From positions 1 through 64,000 of IMG/VR virus record IMGVR_UViG_3300033182_000769: DNA of 64,000 bases; one strand, 5' to 3'. The stretch is from a virus. Under the pieces are notes generated by a model. It worked only from the letters and a program-made list of their open reading frames with translations, was not told the DNA's origin and made no database searches. Shown here in pieces: positions 9,247-19,488 of this stretch. Each line of letters begins with the position of its first letter. The stretch's first letter is position 1. The position numbers and the translations under genes are program-made.

Positions 9247-9882
9247 ATGGCTAAAACTATGAAACACATCGGTAAACTAAAAAATACAGGAGCAAAAATT
9301 CTTGTTGCTTTTAGAACAGTACCTGGTGAATCAAACCAAGCATTAGTTATTCATGCAGCACAATTACCTGATGCATATCATGATTCAATTATGAAACTTG
9401 TTGAAGAAACACAAGCTCAACAAGCATTTGAGTTTGGAGAAATTCTTTTTATTCGTAAATTCCCAGACGGAAGAAATATGCTTCAAGCATTGCAGCAGGA
9501 TGGCAGACTTCGTAAAGTTCCTACCGATACTGTTATGATGAACCCAACACCTACATCAGAAATCTTGCTTTCTGAGCTTAATCAATTAATTGCAGAACAA
9601 AAGAACGTATCAGTCGACGACTTGTATACACTTGTTAAAGGTGCTCCAAAAGCAGAAAGCAAAGTTGAAGACGTTGCTACGGTCACAGAGACTCCTGCTC
9701 CTGCTCCAGCAGCAGCATCAACAGACGGTGTTCTTTCTGACGAAGACCTTGCTAAGTCGTTACGTAGTCAAGCAGACGCAATGTTTAAAGAAGCTCAACG
9801 TTTGCGTAAAGAAGCAGAAGAGTTGGTTCCTACTAAAAAGAAAACAACTAAAAAGAAAGTAGCAGAAGAGACAAGTGCCTAA
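9247..9882 (+). CDS. Hypothetical protein with C-terminal coiled coil and basic tail
   Basis: GGAGG RBS; codon usage like neighbouring genes. Confidence 0.78.
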   Translation: MAKTMKHIGKLKNTGAKILVAFRTVPGESNQALVIHAAQLPDAYHDSIMKLVEETQAQQAFEFGEILFIRKFPDGRNMLQALQQDGRLRKVPTDTVMMNPTPTSEILLSELNQLIAEQKNVSVDDLYTLVKGAPKAESKVEDVATVTETPAPAPAAASTDGVLSDEDLAKSLRSQADAMFKEAQRLRKEAEELVPTKKKTTKKKVAEETSA

Positions 9883-10180
9883 AAAAATGTTTAAGCCACC
9901 GGCCCATCTTATTAAAAAATGGCCAGAAGTATTTGAAGACATGCATATCGATACAATGCCGGTGGCTTACATGAATCAATTTAGAATAATATTTAACGAC
10001 GGGAGAATTTGGGAGATTGATATTAATTCAAAACTTGCCGAACATCACCCGGAAGATTTAGCATCTTCATTAATTGATATGTTAGAAGAATATCAGAACG
10101 ATATAATTGATATAGACTTTGACATCGATGTAGAACGTCTCAAGCAAGATATTTCAGATAAAACAAAAGACTTACTTTAA
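9875..10180 (+). CDS. Hypothetical acidic protein
   Basis: GTG start overlapping the previous stop; ends convergent with ugd. Confidence 0.68.
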   Translation: MPKKMFKPPAHLIKKWPEVFEDMHIDTMPVAYMNQFRIIFNDGRIWEIDINSKLAEHHPEDLASSLIDMLEEYQNDIIDIDFDIDVERLKQDISDKTKDLL

Positions 10181-11395
10181 TCTTGTATTACCATAATAAA
10201 TTACTTTACTTGCATTTGAAGTAAACTTTCTCCAAGGATCAACTACAACACTTCCAGCAGGAATAGTACAGTATAGTTCATCCTTGTTTTCCTTTCCAGT
10301 ATATTCATAAGTAATAGAAGCAGAATGTGCCAACAAAAATACAGCAGACTCGGTTGGCTCAACGCTATCGCCTGTGTAAGGATCAACATACATTACTTCA
10401 TAACCCATTTCTTTACAGTAATGTCCAACTAATAAACTATAACTACCGTCAAGGTACGGTACACCTGGCTTGTATGCTTTACCGTGAATATAAATTTGCA
10501 TACCATTCATATCTGCTTGTGCTACAAGTTCTTTAGCAAGATTCTTTGCTTGTATTTCACGAGCATTCATAATACTATCAAACAAGTCGTAACCTAAGTT
10601 TAACTCTTTAGCCATATAACGTAAAGCAATATTATCACGTGGATGGCAAGCGCCACCGTCACCCATGCCAGCGGTCATATACTGTTTGCCCATAATACGC
10701 ATTGTGCTTTCAGCAAGTGCTTTAGTTACAACATCAACATCAATATTACCTTGCTTTTCTGCTACGTCTTGCATCATGTTAACAAGACCAATCTTGGCAC
10801 TAATAAATGTGTTGTAGAAAACTTTAATACATTCACATTCGTCCCAAGTGCCAATGACATAACGTGGGTCATTTTCCATTACAGTCTTATAAAAGTCTAC
10901 AAGTTGTTTAGCATCGCCTGTTTTGGTGCCATCTTCTGTACCAATCATTACCATCTCTGGATTTACCATATCCCAAGCAACACTGCCCATAGCAATCAAG
11001 TAAGGATTGTATATAAAACGAGTATTATCAACTAACTGTACAAACTGTCTACGAGTAGTTCCAGGCAATACTGTACTAATTAAAACAAGCAATTGATCAT
11101 CAGTCATAAACCTGTTTGCTTCTGCTAATACTTCTTTAACAATATCATAACTAAAGTCTTTTGGTTCTAAGTGAGCAGTAGGAGCATTGCCGTCGTATAG
11201 CGGATCATGTGGAGTAGGTACAGCAATAAACACAATTTCCTTATTTGATACCGCTTCTTCAATTGAACTTACTACGTTTACATATTCACTGCTTACCGGC
11301 GCAACGTCATATCCATCTACAGTATGTCCTTTCTGTACGACTGCTTCTGCGCAAGGCATACCTAATTTACCTACGCCAATAAACCCTATATTCAT
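10172..11395 (-). CDS. ugd: UDP-glucose/GDP-mannose dehydrogenase family protein
   Basis: GFIGVGKLG Rossmann motif, FIAVPTP, STVLPGTT, KVFYNTF, and GDGGACHPRD with the catalytic Cys. Confidence 0.88.
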   Translation of the reverse strand: MNIGFIGVGKLGMPCAEAVVQKGHTVDGYDVAPVSSEYVNVVSSIEEAVSNKEIVFIAVPTPHDPLYDGNAPTAHLEPKDFSYDIVKEVLAEANRFMTDDQLLVLISTVLPGTTRRQFVQLVDNTRFIYNPYLIAMGSVAWDMVNPEMVMIGTEDGTKTGDAKQLVDFYKTVMENDPRYVIGTWDECECIKVFYNTFISAKIGLVNMMQDVAEKQGNIDVDVVTKALAESTMRIMGKQYMTAGMGDGGACHPRDNIALRYMAKELNLGYDLFDSIMNAREIQAKNLAKELVAQADMNGMQIYIHGKAYKPGVPYLDGSYSLLVGHYCKEMGYEVMYVDPYTGDSVEPTESAVFLLAHSASITYEYTGKENKDELYCTIPAGSVVVDPWRKFTSNASKVIYYGNTRLK

Positions 11396-11406
11396 GTACC
11401 CTCCAA

Positions 11407-11429
11407 ATAAATATTACAGCACTATTTAT
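11407..11429. promoter_or_regulatory. Pair of oppositely oriented late-promoter boxes
   Basis: ATAAATA on + at 11407-11413 and on - at 11423-11429, between divergent genes. Confidence 0.6.
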
Positions 11430-11446
11430 GGCAGGGTAGCATCACC

Positions 11447-12679
11447 GTGAAAAAAATTCAAAATGCTCTAAGTAATGAAGAGTACGTGCGAAATGTTGAT
11501 GATACTGTTTTTACAGTATTTGTAACTCAGATATTTGCACAAAATACAGAAAACTTTAAAACACTGCAAAACTATGAGTATGTTCACGGGCTGTTGTGTT
11601 ACCCTCAGTGGACTTCCGAAACCGATATCTTTCAGTATATTGATTATAAGTCATTGAGAAAAATACAAAAAGGAAAGGCGTTTTTTGTATTCGATTCAAG
11701 TACAGAAGGGTTTAGTCCTGTTCATACTTTTCCTTTCTTTGATGTATTATATTACAATTGTCAGAAATATAATGTTGACCCGTTTAATGTGATATATGTA
11801 TCGTCTAACTTACGTGACGAAGAGACAATTATAAAGTATAGCAAAGAAAGAAATTTAAAACCTTTACAGGTTATATCCTTCTTATCGTTTGAACGTGTTT
11901 TAACTCATGATGACAGAGCAGGCTATGACGGATCAGGAACCCGTTTAAGGTCTGTAATTGAAGACACCCATGCTACATTTAACAATACAAAATATTTTAC
12001 AAGCCTTAGCCGTGTAAATCGACCTTATAGAACATTAGGACAATTTTTACTGAGTCATAGCGACATTAAAGATAAAGCACTAATGAGCCACGATACTGTT
12101 AACTTTCATAGTTTAGAGCATTGGAGAACAATTAATCATATACCAGAAGAATACTCAGATGAGCAAGTTCAACAATGGATTGATAACTTACCATTAATTG
12201 CAGATCGAGATGACTTTAATGTAAACTGGGCACTGAATACTCCTTACAAGCACTTGTTTGACCAAACCCTTTTTGCTGTAGTTAATGAAACATTAGTAGA
12301 CGACGATCAAGAAACTTCGATGTTTTTTAGCGAAAAGTCGTTTAGGCCAATGTCTTATTTCCAACCATTTTTAATATGGGGGCAACCGGGCTGTAATCAC
12401 TGGTTAGGAAAAGTTGGTTATGAATTATACGACCACTGGTTTGACTTGAGTTTTGATTTTGAAAAAGATCACAAACTACGATATCAAGGATTGTTAGAGT
12501 CGATTAAAGAAACTTGTAGTAAATTAGATAACATGACGCAAACTCAAAAAGTAAAATGGCGATTCAAAAGGGTGCAAACTTTACAACGCAACTTTAATGT
12601 TATGACTAAAAGTTCGTTCTCAAGACAAAAAATATTAAATTTTTTAGTTGGTATAGATAATGAAATTAATAACCCGTGA
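11447..12679 (+). CDS. Putative glycosyltransferase-like protein (GT-B-like C-terminus)
   Basis: FAVVNET...FFSEKSFRPM..FQPFLIWG resembles the donor-binding motif of GT10-like enzymes; neighbourhood supports this. Confidence 0.45.
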   Translation: MKKIQNALSNEEYVRNVDDTVFTVFVTQIFAQNTENFKTLQNYEYVHGLLCYPQWTSETDIFQYIDYKSLRKIQKGKAFFVFDSSTEGFSPVHTFPFFDVLYYNCQKYNVDPFNVIYVSSNLRDEETIIKYSKERNLKPLQVISFLSFERVLTHDDRAGYDGSGTRLRSVIEDTHATFNNTKYFTSLSRVNRPYRTLGQFLLSHSDIKDKALMSHDTVNFHSLEHWRTINHIPEEYSDEQVQQWIDNLPLIADRDDFNVNWALNTPYKHLFDQTLFAVVNETLVDDDQETSMFFSEKSFRPMSYFQPFLIWGQPGCNHWLGKVGYELYDHWFDLSFDFEKDHKLRYQGLLESIKETCSKLDNMTQTQKVKWRFKRVQTLQRNFNVMTKSSFSRQKILNFLVGIDNEINNP

Positions 12680-12763
12680 ACCAAAAAGTTTGCTGTATAT
12701 GATTTGTCTGATCTAAAAAGAAAAGAACTGGAAACACTTACTTTGATCAAATCTTCAGAAAAT

Positions 12764-13933
12764 TTAGAAATTTTCTAATTCTGGAAAGGTTTTATTAAAA
12801 TCTCTGTTTCTGATAGTATCAAAGTACATATTAGCATCTTCAAAGTCGATTCTTAAGTTACTGTTAAATTTCACCGTCTGTAACGCTGTAATTACGCTTC
12901 TAAGCGGTTCTTTTGCGTTACTGTTACATTTTCCTATGTAGTCATTTAAATTGCTTATAATACGTTCTTTTAGGTCTGGTTGTATTGCAGCAAAACTATA
13001 TTCTTTTGGCTGTTTAATAACGTATAACTGTGGTTCTAATTGGTCGCCAAATACGTCGTACATCCGGTCTAAAAATTCAGGAAGGGTTGCTACATTAAAA
13101 ACACTAATTACAGAACTTGTAGCGATATATGCACGTGGAAGTTCTTTTCGTATAATTCTAATATTTTCTTCAATTTGGTTCCAATTAGTACCTTCTCTAA
13201 TATATTCAGCTCTATCTCCCCAACTATCAATACTAACATAGATCTGCACGGTCCAAAATTGATTCCATAAATCAACAATTGATTTCTTTTTATAATACAA
13301 TGTACTAAGATTTGTACTATAACGCAATTTTACATCTTTACGCCCGAGCTCTAATAGTCTAATTAAAATATTATAATGGGCATCCATTAATAGTGGTTCG
13401 CCTCCAGCAAAATATATCTCATCTAAATATTCAAGTTGTGCTTCTAATTCTTCATATAACTTATCGTTGTTTCCCCCGCCAGCAAATATAAAAATTTTCT
13501 TGTCGTTATTTTCAGTTGCCCAACTTGAGCTAAACGTACTATTACAGGTTCTACATTTAAAATTACAAATGTTACTCCACCTAATATCAAGATATCTAAA
13601 CTTCATCTCATCAAGATACCCAACAGGAGTAGTTTTTTCTACAACATCATAATAAACCTTAAAGCGTTCGTTAATTTCATTTCTAAAACTTTTACGACCG
13701 GTATCCTCATCTTTGTAACAAGATTTACATTCGTCGCATCTCTGACCGCTCAACATATTAACACGCAGTTGTCTGTAAGATGCGCTGTTCCAAATATCTT
13801 GCAAGGAATTATTCTGTACATTGCCCATTTTATTACCTTGGTCAGCAATGCAACACGGAAGTACATTGCCATCTGAGCCAATGTATGTGTGTATCCAAGG
13901 AAGGATGCAAAATGTGTTACTTTTGGTACTCAT
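12764..13933 (-). CDS. Radical SAM protein with N-terminal SPASM/twitch-like domain
   Basis: CNFKCRTC, FAGGEPLL, STN; N-terminal C..PW..DGNVLPCC..GN..CKSC. Confidence 0.85.
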   Translation of the reverse strand: MSTKSNTFCILPWIHTYIGSDGNVLPCCIADQGNKMGNVQNNSLQDIWNSASYRQLRVNMLSGQRCDECKSCYKDEDTGRKSFRNEINERFKVYYDVVEKTTPVGYLDEMKFRYLDIRWSNICNFKCRTCNSTFSSSWATENNDKKIFIFAGGGNNDKLYEELEAQLEYLDEIYFAGGEPLLMDAHYNILIRLLELGRKDVKLRYSTNLSTLYYKKKSIVDLWNQFWTVQIYVSIDSWGDRAEYIREGTNWNQIEENIRIIRKELPRAYIATSSVISVFNVATLPEFLDRMYDVFGDQLEPQLYVIKQPKEYSFAAIQPDLKERIISNLNDYIGKCNSNAKEPLRSVITALQTVKFNSNLRIDFEDANMYFDTIRNRDFNKTFPELENF

Positions 13934-14762
13934 TATATAATTTATATGCCCAAAGACTATGTGCTATTTGATTAGGATGATTATGATGTAAATAACAACC
14001 ATTTATAAACTCGTTAGACTTTTCAATTAAGTCTAACTGTTTATTGAGTTCATGCACATCAAATTTAAATTTATAAGTATTTTGAAAATCGTCAAACCAC
14101 CCAACTGACTGGAACTTTTGCATTTCTAAATCAACACCTAACACCATTCCAGAAAATTGAATCCAACTTTGTTCGACGATTTGTAAATTACGATACGGTT
14201 TTTTATGTTGAAATCCGCAAAAGTTTTTCCAAACCATTACATCTACATTGAATTTGGTTTGTATGGTAGATAACTCATCTAAGAAAATTTCATCATAGCG
14301 TGTTAACCATGTATTAAAATCTCTAAACTTGTCGTAAATTTTTTTATAGTTTCCTGTTAACTTATGCTGTATGGCAAACTCTCTACCAGGTTCTGTTAGT
14401 TGTACACACAGGTTAATTTGTTTATACGAAAAATTTTCTTGTAAGTGCTTCAGTATTCTTGGAATACTTGAAACCATATAAAAATTACAATTGCCAGGAA
14501 CAGCATATTGATATAGATCTTGTTTTAGCATTGTTGCTAACTTAGGTCCTACACCGTGAAGTATTTGAGAATCTAATGAATAACGTTGTAATCCTGTAGC
14601 AACACCTGGCAACGACTCGCCATAGGTCCAACTTTCACCAATAACAACTAATACTTCGTCATTATTATTAACTAAATGAAATTCGGTGTTTTCTGCAGAG
14701 TGTTGTACCCAATCAGGTTTTAAATTGTCGTCATTTGTATGTATAGCCTTATAGTCCATCAC
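13917..14762 (-). CDS. SGNH/GDSL hydrolase-like protein
   Basis: VVIGESWTYG block I and C-terminal HPN..AH..WA. Confidence 0.55.
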   Translation of the reverse strand: MMDYKAIHTNDDNLKPDWVQHSAENTEFHLVNNNDEVLVVIGESWTYGESLPGVATGLQRYSLDSQILHGVGPKLATMLKQDLYQYAVPGNCNFYMVSSIPRILKHLQENFSYKQINLCVQLTEPGREFAIQHKLTGNYKKIYDKFRDFNTWLTRYDEIFLDELSTIQTKFNVDVMVWKNFCGFQHKKPYRNLQIVEQSWIQFSGMVLGVDLEMQKFQSVGWFDDFQNTYKFKFDVHELNKQLDLIEKSNEFINGCYLHHNHPNQIAHSLWAYKLYNEYQK

Positions 14763-16113
14763 AAAACTCCTTAAATGGAACTAATTCTGGAAACGTTTTA
14801 TTGAAGTCTAATTTGCGGCGGCGATCATACTCGCTAAACCATTTAGAAAAATCTTTACGTCCTTCTAATAATTTCTGATCATCATATGTTGTACTTTCCA
14901 TATATTTTACAACACGTTTAAATTTTTCATATTCCATTTCGCTAAATTGTGTACGATTTTTATCATCCATATTATCTTGTATAAATTGTAAATGATCGTA
15001 CATATATGACATATAATCTTTAGGAAGAATATTCATATCGTACTGTAATGGTTCTTTTAAAAAGGGAGTATCAAAGCGTATACGTTGCCATTTGTTTTGT
15101 TTATCTCCGTTATACATAGAACGCCATTCTAATATCTTTTTAAGTAACTGTTGAAAATTTGTTACTGTTAAGATATTAAATGTTACCATAAAAGTGATAG
15201 GCAAAGATGTATTAGACAAATAAGTATCTAAATTCTTTTCCCAGGTATCTACATCTAATCCTGTACGAATATATTCTGCCTGCTCCCCCCAAGTATCCAT
15301 ACTTGTAAAAATTTTAAAATCTTTAATTTTGTTATTGTTTACAAGATTATTAACTTTTTCTACTAAGCGGTTAATTAATATAGGTTTAACACCAAAATTA
15401 CTATTAATGTTAAGTTCTAAATTAGGAAGAGGATTTTCCTCGAGGTCTTCAAGCAAACGCCAGGTACTTTGTTGTAGTAATGGTTCACCCCCAGTAATAC
15501 GTAGAATAGTTAATGTTTCTCTTACAGAGGGCCACCAACGCCACCACGCATCTACATAAGGGTTATTTTCTTCCTCATATATTTTAAACCAGTCAATATC
15601 GTTGCGATGATTCAACACCATATCGTACGGGCCATGCTGTTCAATTTCTTTGTAGTAACTACTGCTATGTTTAGGATGGCAATAACCGCACTTAAAGTTA
15701 CATTCGTTACCGAATGAAATTTCAATGTATTGCGGATTGATATTTTGATCCCAATCACCGTCTTTGATTTGTTGGAGACGTTCTGGTGTATAAATTGTAC
15801 TGTTACGTTCTTTACGATCGCTAATAATATCTTCGCCAAGTGCTTCTAACTTCCAACAGTAATTGCATCCTTTGGGTTTTTCACCATTAAGCATTGCTAA
15901 TCGTTCGTGTTTTTTTTGTTCAGTATTATGTAACGCACTTGGATCGGTTAAAATTTCCTCTACTGAAATTTCATGTGGCGGTGGATGGTAACAACTATGT
16001 GTTTGTCCTGTTTGTAAATAAATTGTCGTGTGATGCCATTTCGCCAAACAAAATGTTGGAGAAATTTCATTCATGATAGGAATGAACTTTTGTATACGTT
16101 CCTTATCCTTCAC
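14749..16113 (-). CDS. Radical SAM protein
   Basis: CNFKCGYC and ITGGEPLL; Cys-containing N-terminal domain (FCLAKW, SCYH, CNYC). Confidence 0.85.
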   Translation of the reverse strand: MKDKERIQKFIPIMNEISPTFCLAKWHHTTIYLQTGQTHSCYHPPPHEISVEEILTDPSALHNTEQKKHERLAMLNGEKPKGCNYCWKLEALGEDIISDRKERNSTIYTPERLQQIKDGDWDQNINPQYIEISFGNECNFKCGYCHPKHSSSYYKEIEQHGPYDMVLNHRNDIDWFKIYEEENNPYVDAWWRWWPSVRETLTILRITGGEPLLQQSTWRLLEDLEENPLPNLELNINSNFGVKPILINRLVEKVNNLVNNNKIKDFKIFTSMDTWGEQAEYIRTGLDVDTWEKNLDTYLSNTSLPITFMVTFNILTVTNFQQLLKKILEWRSMYNGDKQNKWQRIRFDTPFLKEPLQYDMNILPKDYMSYMYDHLQFIQDNMDDKNRTQFSEMEYEKFKRVVKYMESTTYDDQKLLEGRKDFSKWFSEYDRRRKLDFNKTFPELVPFKEFCDGL

Positions 16114-17158
16114 TGTTTTCGAACTCCTCTTTTAACCACTCAAAATCATTTATCAAACGTAATTGGTCAGGACTATTGCTGTAAGTGCGACCAAAATTGC
16201 GACCAGCGATAGCACCAGCGATCGCTTCTCTGCCAAACTGTCTGTCGCCGCCCACTGTTGTCCAGATGTTGAGTCTTTCTTCTGTTTCATTACTTATTTG
16301 CCCTTTAATTGTTTTACTTGCTAACTTAGCACATTCTCTGAATGCTGATTTCCAGGTTTCAAATGGTCCTGTATTAAATGCTGTAATGTTACTAACTGTA
16401 GGCATAACTTTAAAACTATCAGAAATGCTTGTTGTCATATCGGGACTATCTTCATCTACAGCCATAGTTAATTCTCTTGGAAATAATTTTACACCGCCGT
16501 AACCGTATTCGAGATCGTTAATAGGATTACGACTTCTCCATACGTGAACTGTTTTACGAGAATAAAAATCATAGTACGGAATTTGCATATCAAAATTAAA
16601 TTCATCTAAAATGTGTGCATCTGCATCTACAATATAAACCATATCTGTTTTACACATTTTAGCGGCGTCAATGTGAGCTCGGTGTATACCTTTCACGCCA
16701 TATACCCAATTAATAGGGCGATTTAACTTTTCCATTAAACGGAAATAATTTTCTTTTGCTTCAGGTTCGTAATAAGAAATAAAAGCAACATCGTATTCAT
16801 AGAATTTACTTGCTTCAATGTCTATTTCTTTTTTCTTTGTAAAAAATCTATATTCCCATTCTCTGCCTAATACTTTGGCACTTTTAGGAAATATACATAC
16901 ACCGTCATAATATTTTCCATTGCGGAATACGTGAATATATTCTTCGTCCCATTTAGGAATTCTATAATCAAAGTTAAAGTCTTTAGAAACGTATAGATGA
17001 TCCCAAACAACCCAGAAGTGTTTAGTAAATGACTTATGCTTTACATCCTCAAACGATTTAGCATTCTCTACTAATTGTGCATTAGGATACCGTTGTTTGA
17101 AATCGTTCCAAACAACTTCATTTGCTTTATCTTTACATACATAAAAAATATCATACAT
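16103..17158 (-). CDS. GT-A fold glycosyltransferase-like protein
   Basis: GVKGIHRAH, YIVDADA (DxD) and YGYGGVKL motifs. Confidence 0.65.
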   Translation of the reverse strand: MYDIFYVCKDKANEVVWNDFKQRYPNAQLVENAKSFEDVKHKSFTKHFWVVWDHLYVSKDFNFDYRIPKWDEEYIHVFRNGKYYDGVCIFPKSAKVLGREWEYRFFTKKKEIDIEASKFYEYDVAFISYYEPEAKENYFRLMEKLNRPINWVYGVKGIHRAHIDAAKMCKTDMVYIVDADAHILDEFNFDMQIPYYDFYSRKTVHVWRSRNPINDLEYGYGGVKLFPRELTMAVDEDSPDMTTSISDSFKVMPTVSNITAFNTGPFETWKSAFRECAKLASKTIKGQISNETEERLNIWTTVGGDRQFGREAIAGAIAGRNFGRTYSNSPDQLRLINDFEWLKEEFENSEG

Positions 17159-18047
17159 CGTCTGGCATCTTAAAATATGTCAATCCAAGATTTATTGTTT
17201 CATCGTATAAATCTAACACATATTTACTTTGTATAGAATTTAAATACGGCCATTCAAATCCTAAATTATAATGTATCTTTTCTCCTAAATCTAATACTTC
17301 AGTATATACATCATTTATAGGTGTTACTATTTCCTTATATAAATCTGTAAGATAATCAAAATCGCGAACCTGAACATAATCCCAATCAGTGCAATTAGTC
17401 ATATATGTGCCTTGCCTTGCACCTAAAATAGAATAAATGCCATTTTCTTCGTGATCGCCAACTGTTGACCACATACGCAATCTGTGAATATTATGCCACC
17501 ATATGCGTTCTTTAATTTCTTGAGGAGGAACTTTAACTCCGTCGAGCAATGTCATCTTAACACCTTCGCGAAATCCTGCTCTCCATGCTTGAAAGGCACT
17601 ACCGGTTATAATGCTGTCGCTATAGACCTTAGGAAAATTTCTATAGCCATCTTCCCAACAAAAGTCTACCTGCGCTCGTTCGCTATCTGCATTTTCGTGT
17701 GTACGCATATTAAGGACAAAATCTTTATTCCAGATTTTTAATCCACCATTACCATACCGTAGTCCGTTGATGTTGTTACGACCGCACCAGCCATACACTT
17801 GTATTTTAGGATCGTCCATTTTTAGATCTACGTTGAAAAATTCTGGATCTACAATGTTGTCAGCATCTACAGTAATGAACCAATCTGTTTCACTCATTTC
17901 TGCGGCCATCTTATGTGCGTGGTCTGAACCTTTTACACCGTGTACACGTTTTGCCCACGGTACTTTATTACACAAATCAGCATAATGCTCCTCTGCATTT
18001 GGTTCATCGTAACTTAAAAATACTACATCAAACTCAACTACTTTCAT
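17151..18047 (-). CDS. GT-A fold glycosyltransferase-like protein (paralogue of 16103-17158)
   Basis: FLSYDE, GVKGSDHAH, ITVDADN, YGNGGLK and AWRAGFRE motifs shared with the downstream gene. Confidence 0.65.
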   Translation of the reverse strand: MKVVEFDVVFLSYDEPNAEEHYADLCNKVPWAKRVHGVKGSDHAHKMAAEMSETDWFITVDADNIVDPEFFNVDLKMDDPKIQVYGWCGRNNINGLRYGNGGLKIWNKDFVLNMRTHENADSERAQVDFCWEDGYRNFPKVYSDSIITGSAFQAWRAGFREGVKMTLLDGVKVPPQEIKERIWWHNIHRLRMWSTVGDHEENGIYSILGARQGTYMTNCTDWDYVQVRDFDYLTDLYKEIVTPINDVYTEVLDLGEKIHYNLGFEWPYLNSIQSKYVLDLYDETINLGLTYFKMPDDV

Positions 18048-18658
18048 TTAACTTCCAACATATATTTTTTAAATACTCGCCTTGTGTACACACTAAATCG
18101 ATTTCCAACATCTTCAATTTTAAAGAACTGCCTTTGTCCTTTTAGATCATCAATTGTAAATGAAAACACATCGTAAATAATATGAGGATCGTTATACCCT
18201 GTAATCATAAAATTTAAAACTGTATCTCCATTCCAAAACATATTACGAGTACGATCTGTTCCAGTATCATTTGTTCCGCCATACTCTTTTGATAATTCTA
18301 TTGTTATAATACTATCTTCTTCACTATATGTCAAGAGAATATCTGGATTAACTATGTCCGACCACTGCGATTCGGTAATTCTATGTAGTACATCATCAAT
18401 TTTGAATAAGTTATGTATCTCAGTTACTTCTAATTTTTCAGAATCAAAATCAATAAAACAATTAACAATCTTAATTCTACCTTCTAAAATATCCATTGCA
18501 GTTTCAACAGGAATGTCTACCTTATTTTGTTCAGGAAATGCAGCAGTTGGACCTACTCTTAATACTTGTCCTGAATCTGTATCAAATACCGCTGAATAAG
18601 TTTGTTGTTCAGTTTGCGCCTGTTGAAACCAAGTATCAAAATCCATTATTTCTTCCAT
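18044..18658 (-). CDS. Hypothetical protein
   Basis: Operonic ORF overlapping both neighbours. Confidence 0.7.
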   Translation of the reverse strand: MEEIMDFDTWFQQAQTEQQTYSAVFDTDSGQVLRVGPTAAFPEQNKVDIPVETAMDILEGRIKIVNCFIDFDSEKLEVTEIHNLFKIDDVLHRITESQWSDIVNPDILLTYSEEDSIITIELSKEYGGTNDTGTDRTRNMFWNGDTVLNFMITGYNDPHIIYDVFSFTIDDLKGQRQFFKIEDVGNRFSVYTRRVFKKYMLEVK

Positions 18659-19488
18659 ACACTATCCTCCAACAAGCTCAGAATCTCGTCAGTAATTAGA
18701 TCTTTTTCAACATAATGTACAATACTATGTTGTTGATAATTACCTATCTTTACTTTACAATCTTCATCAACATAAAATCCTAAATGATCGGATACTTTAT
18801 CAGCCGGCCATGCAAAGTTTTGTACCTGTCCTTTGTTATGAACTACTTTAGGAAACTCTAACGGGTATGAAATTTCGTCACTTATATCGAGTATTTTAGC
18901 ACTTAATGAAAATGCTTCGTCGGTTCCAATTACTCTGGGCTTATATTTAGAAAGGAATGCATTTGCATACTCTTTAGGATTTTTAAGAATACTGCGACCA
19001 AGTTCAAAGAACTCTTTTGCAAAGTTACTGTTCTTTTTAAAGAACGTAAAAAAACTATAAAGATTTGGTAGGTTATTTTCAGTAAAAGTTCTTCTATAAT
19101 AATCACTTGTAATGAGCTCTCCTCGATATGTATATGCGTTATTTGCTACATACAATTCGGTGTTGGACTCAATAAAGTATTCAATCCAGTGACTATAATC
19201 TCTTGTGAACAACATATCTGCATCTAAACATACAGTATAATCAAAAGGGGATAGCTCGTCCATCCATGATCGACCGTCCCAGAACGTTTCTTTATCCCAC
19301 TCGATAATATAATTAAAAACCCACGTAGACTTTAACGTATCTAAACGAGATGGGTCATCAATAACCAGTGCTACTTTATCATATCCTTCTTTTTGAGTAT
19401 TTTTAATGCTTAAAGCAAGAGCATAAGCAAGTTTATCGTAATTAACCTTGTCGCATTTTGAAACTACTATTAAATATCCAAAGCTCAT
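18646..19488 (-). CDS. GT8-like glycosyltransferase
   Basis: ALALSIK..., SPFDYTVCLDADM (DxD) and IGTDEAF motifs. Confidence 0.65.
   Translation of the reverse strand: MSFGYLIVVSKCDKVNYDKLAYALALSIKNTQKEGYDKVALVIDDPSRLDTLKSTWVFNYIIEWDKETFWDGRSWMDELSPFDYTVCLDADMLFTRDYSHWIEYFIESNTELYVANNAYTYRGELITSDYYRRTFTENNLPNLYSFFTFFKKNSNFAKEFFELGRSILKNPKEYANAFLSKYKPRVIGTDEAFSLSAKILDISDEISYPLEFPKVVHNKGQVQNFAWPADKVSDHLGFYVDEDCKVKIGNYQQHSIVHYVEKDLITDEILSLLEDSVWKK

Noticed and set aside
12677-12778. ORF 11447 frame stays open for 32 codons past its TGA (possible readthrough or recoding)
   Set aside because: Plausible by chance; TAA, TAG and TGA all act as stops elsewhere, often in coupled overlaps, so there is no evidence of stop-codon reassignment
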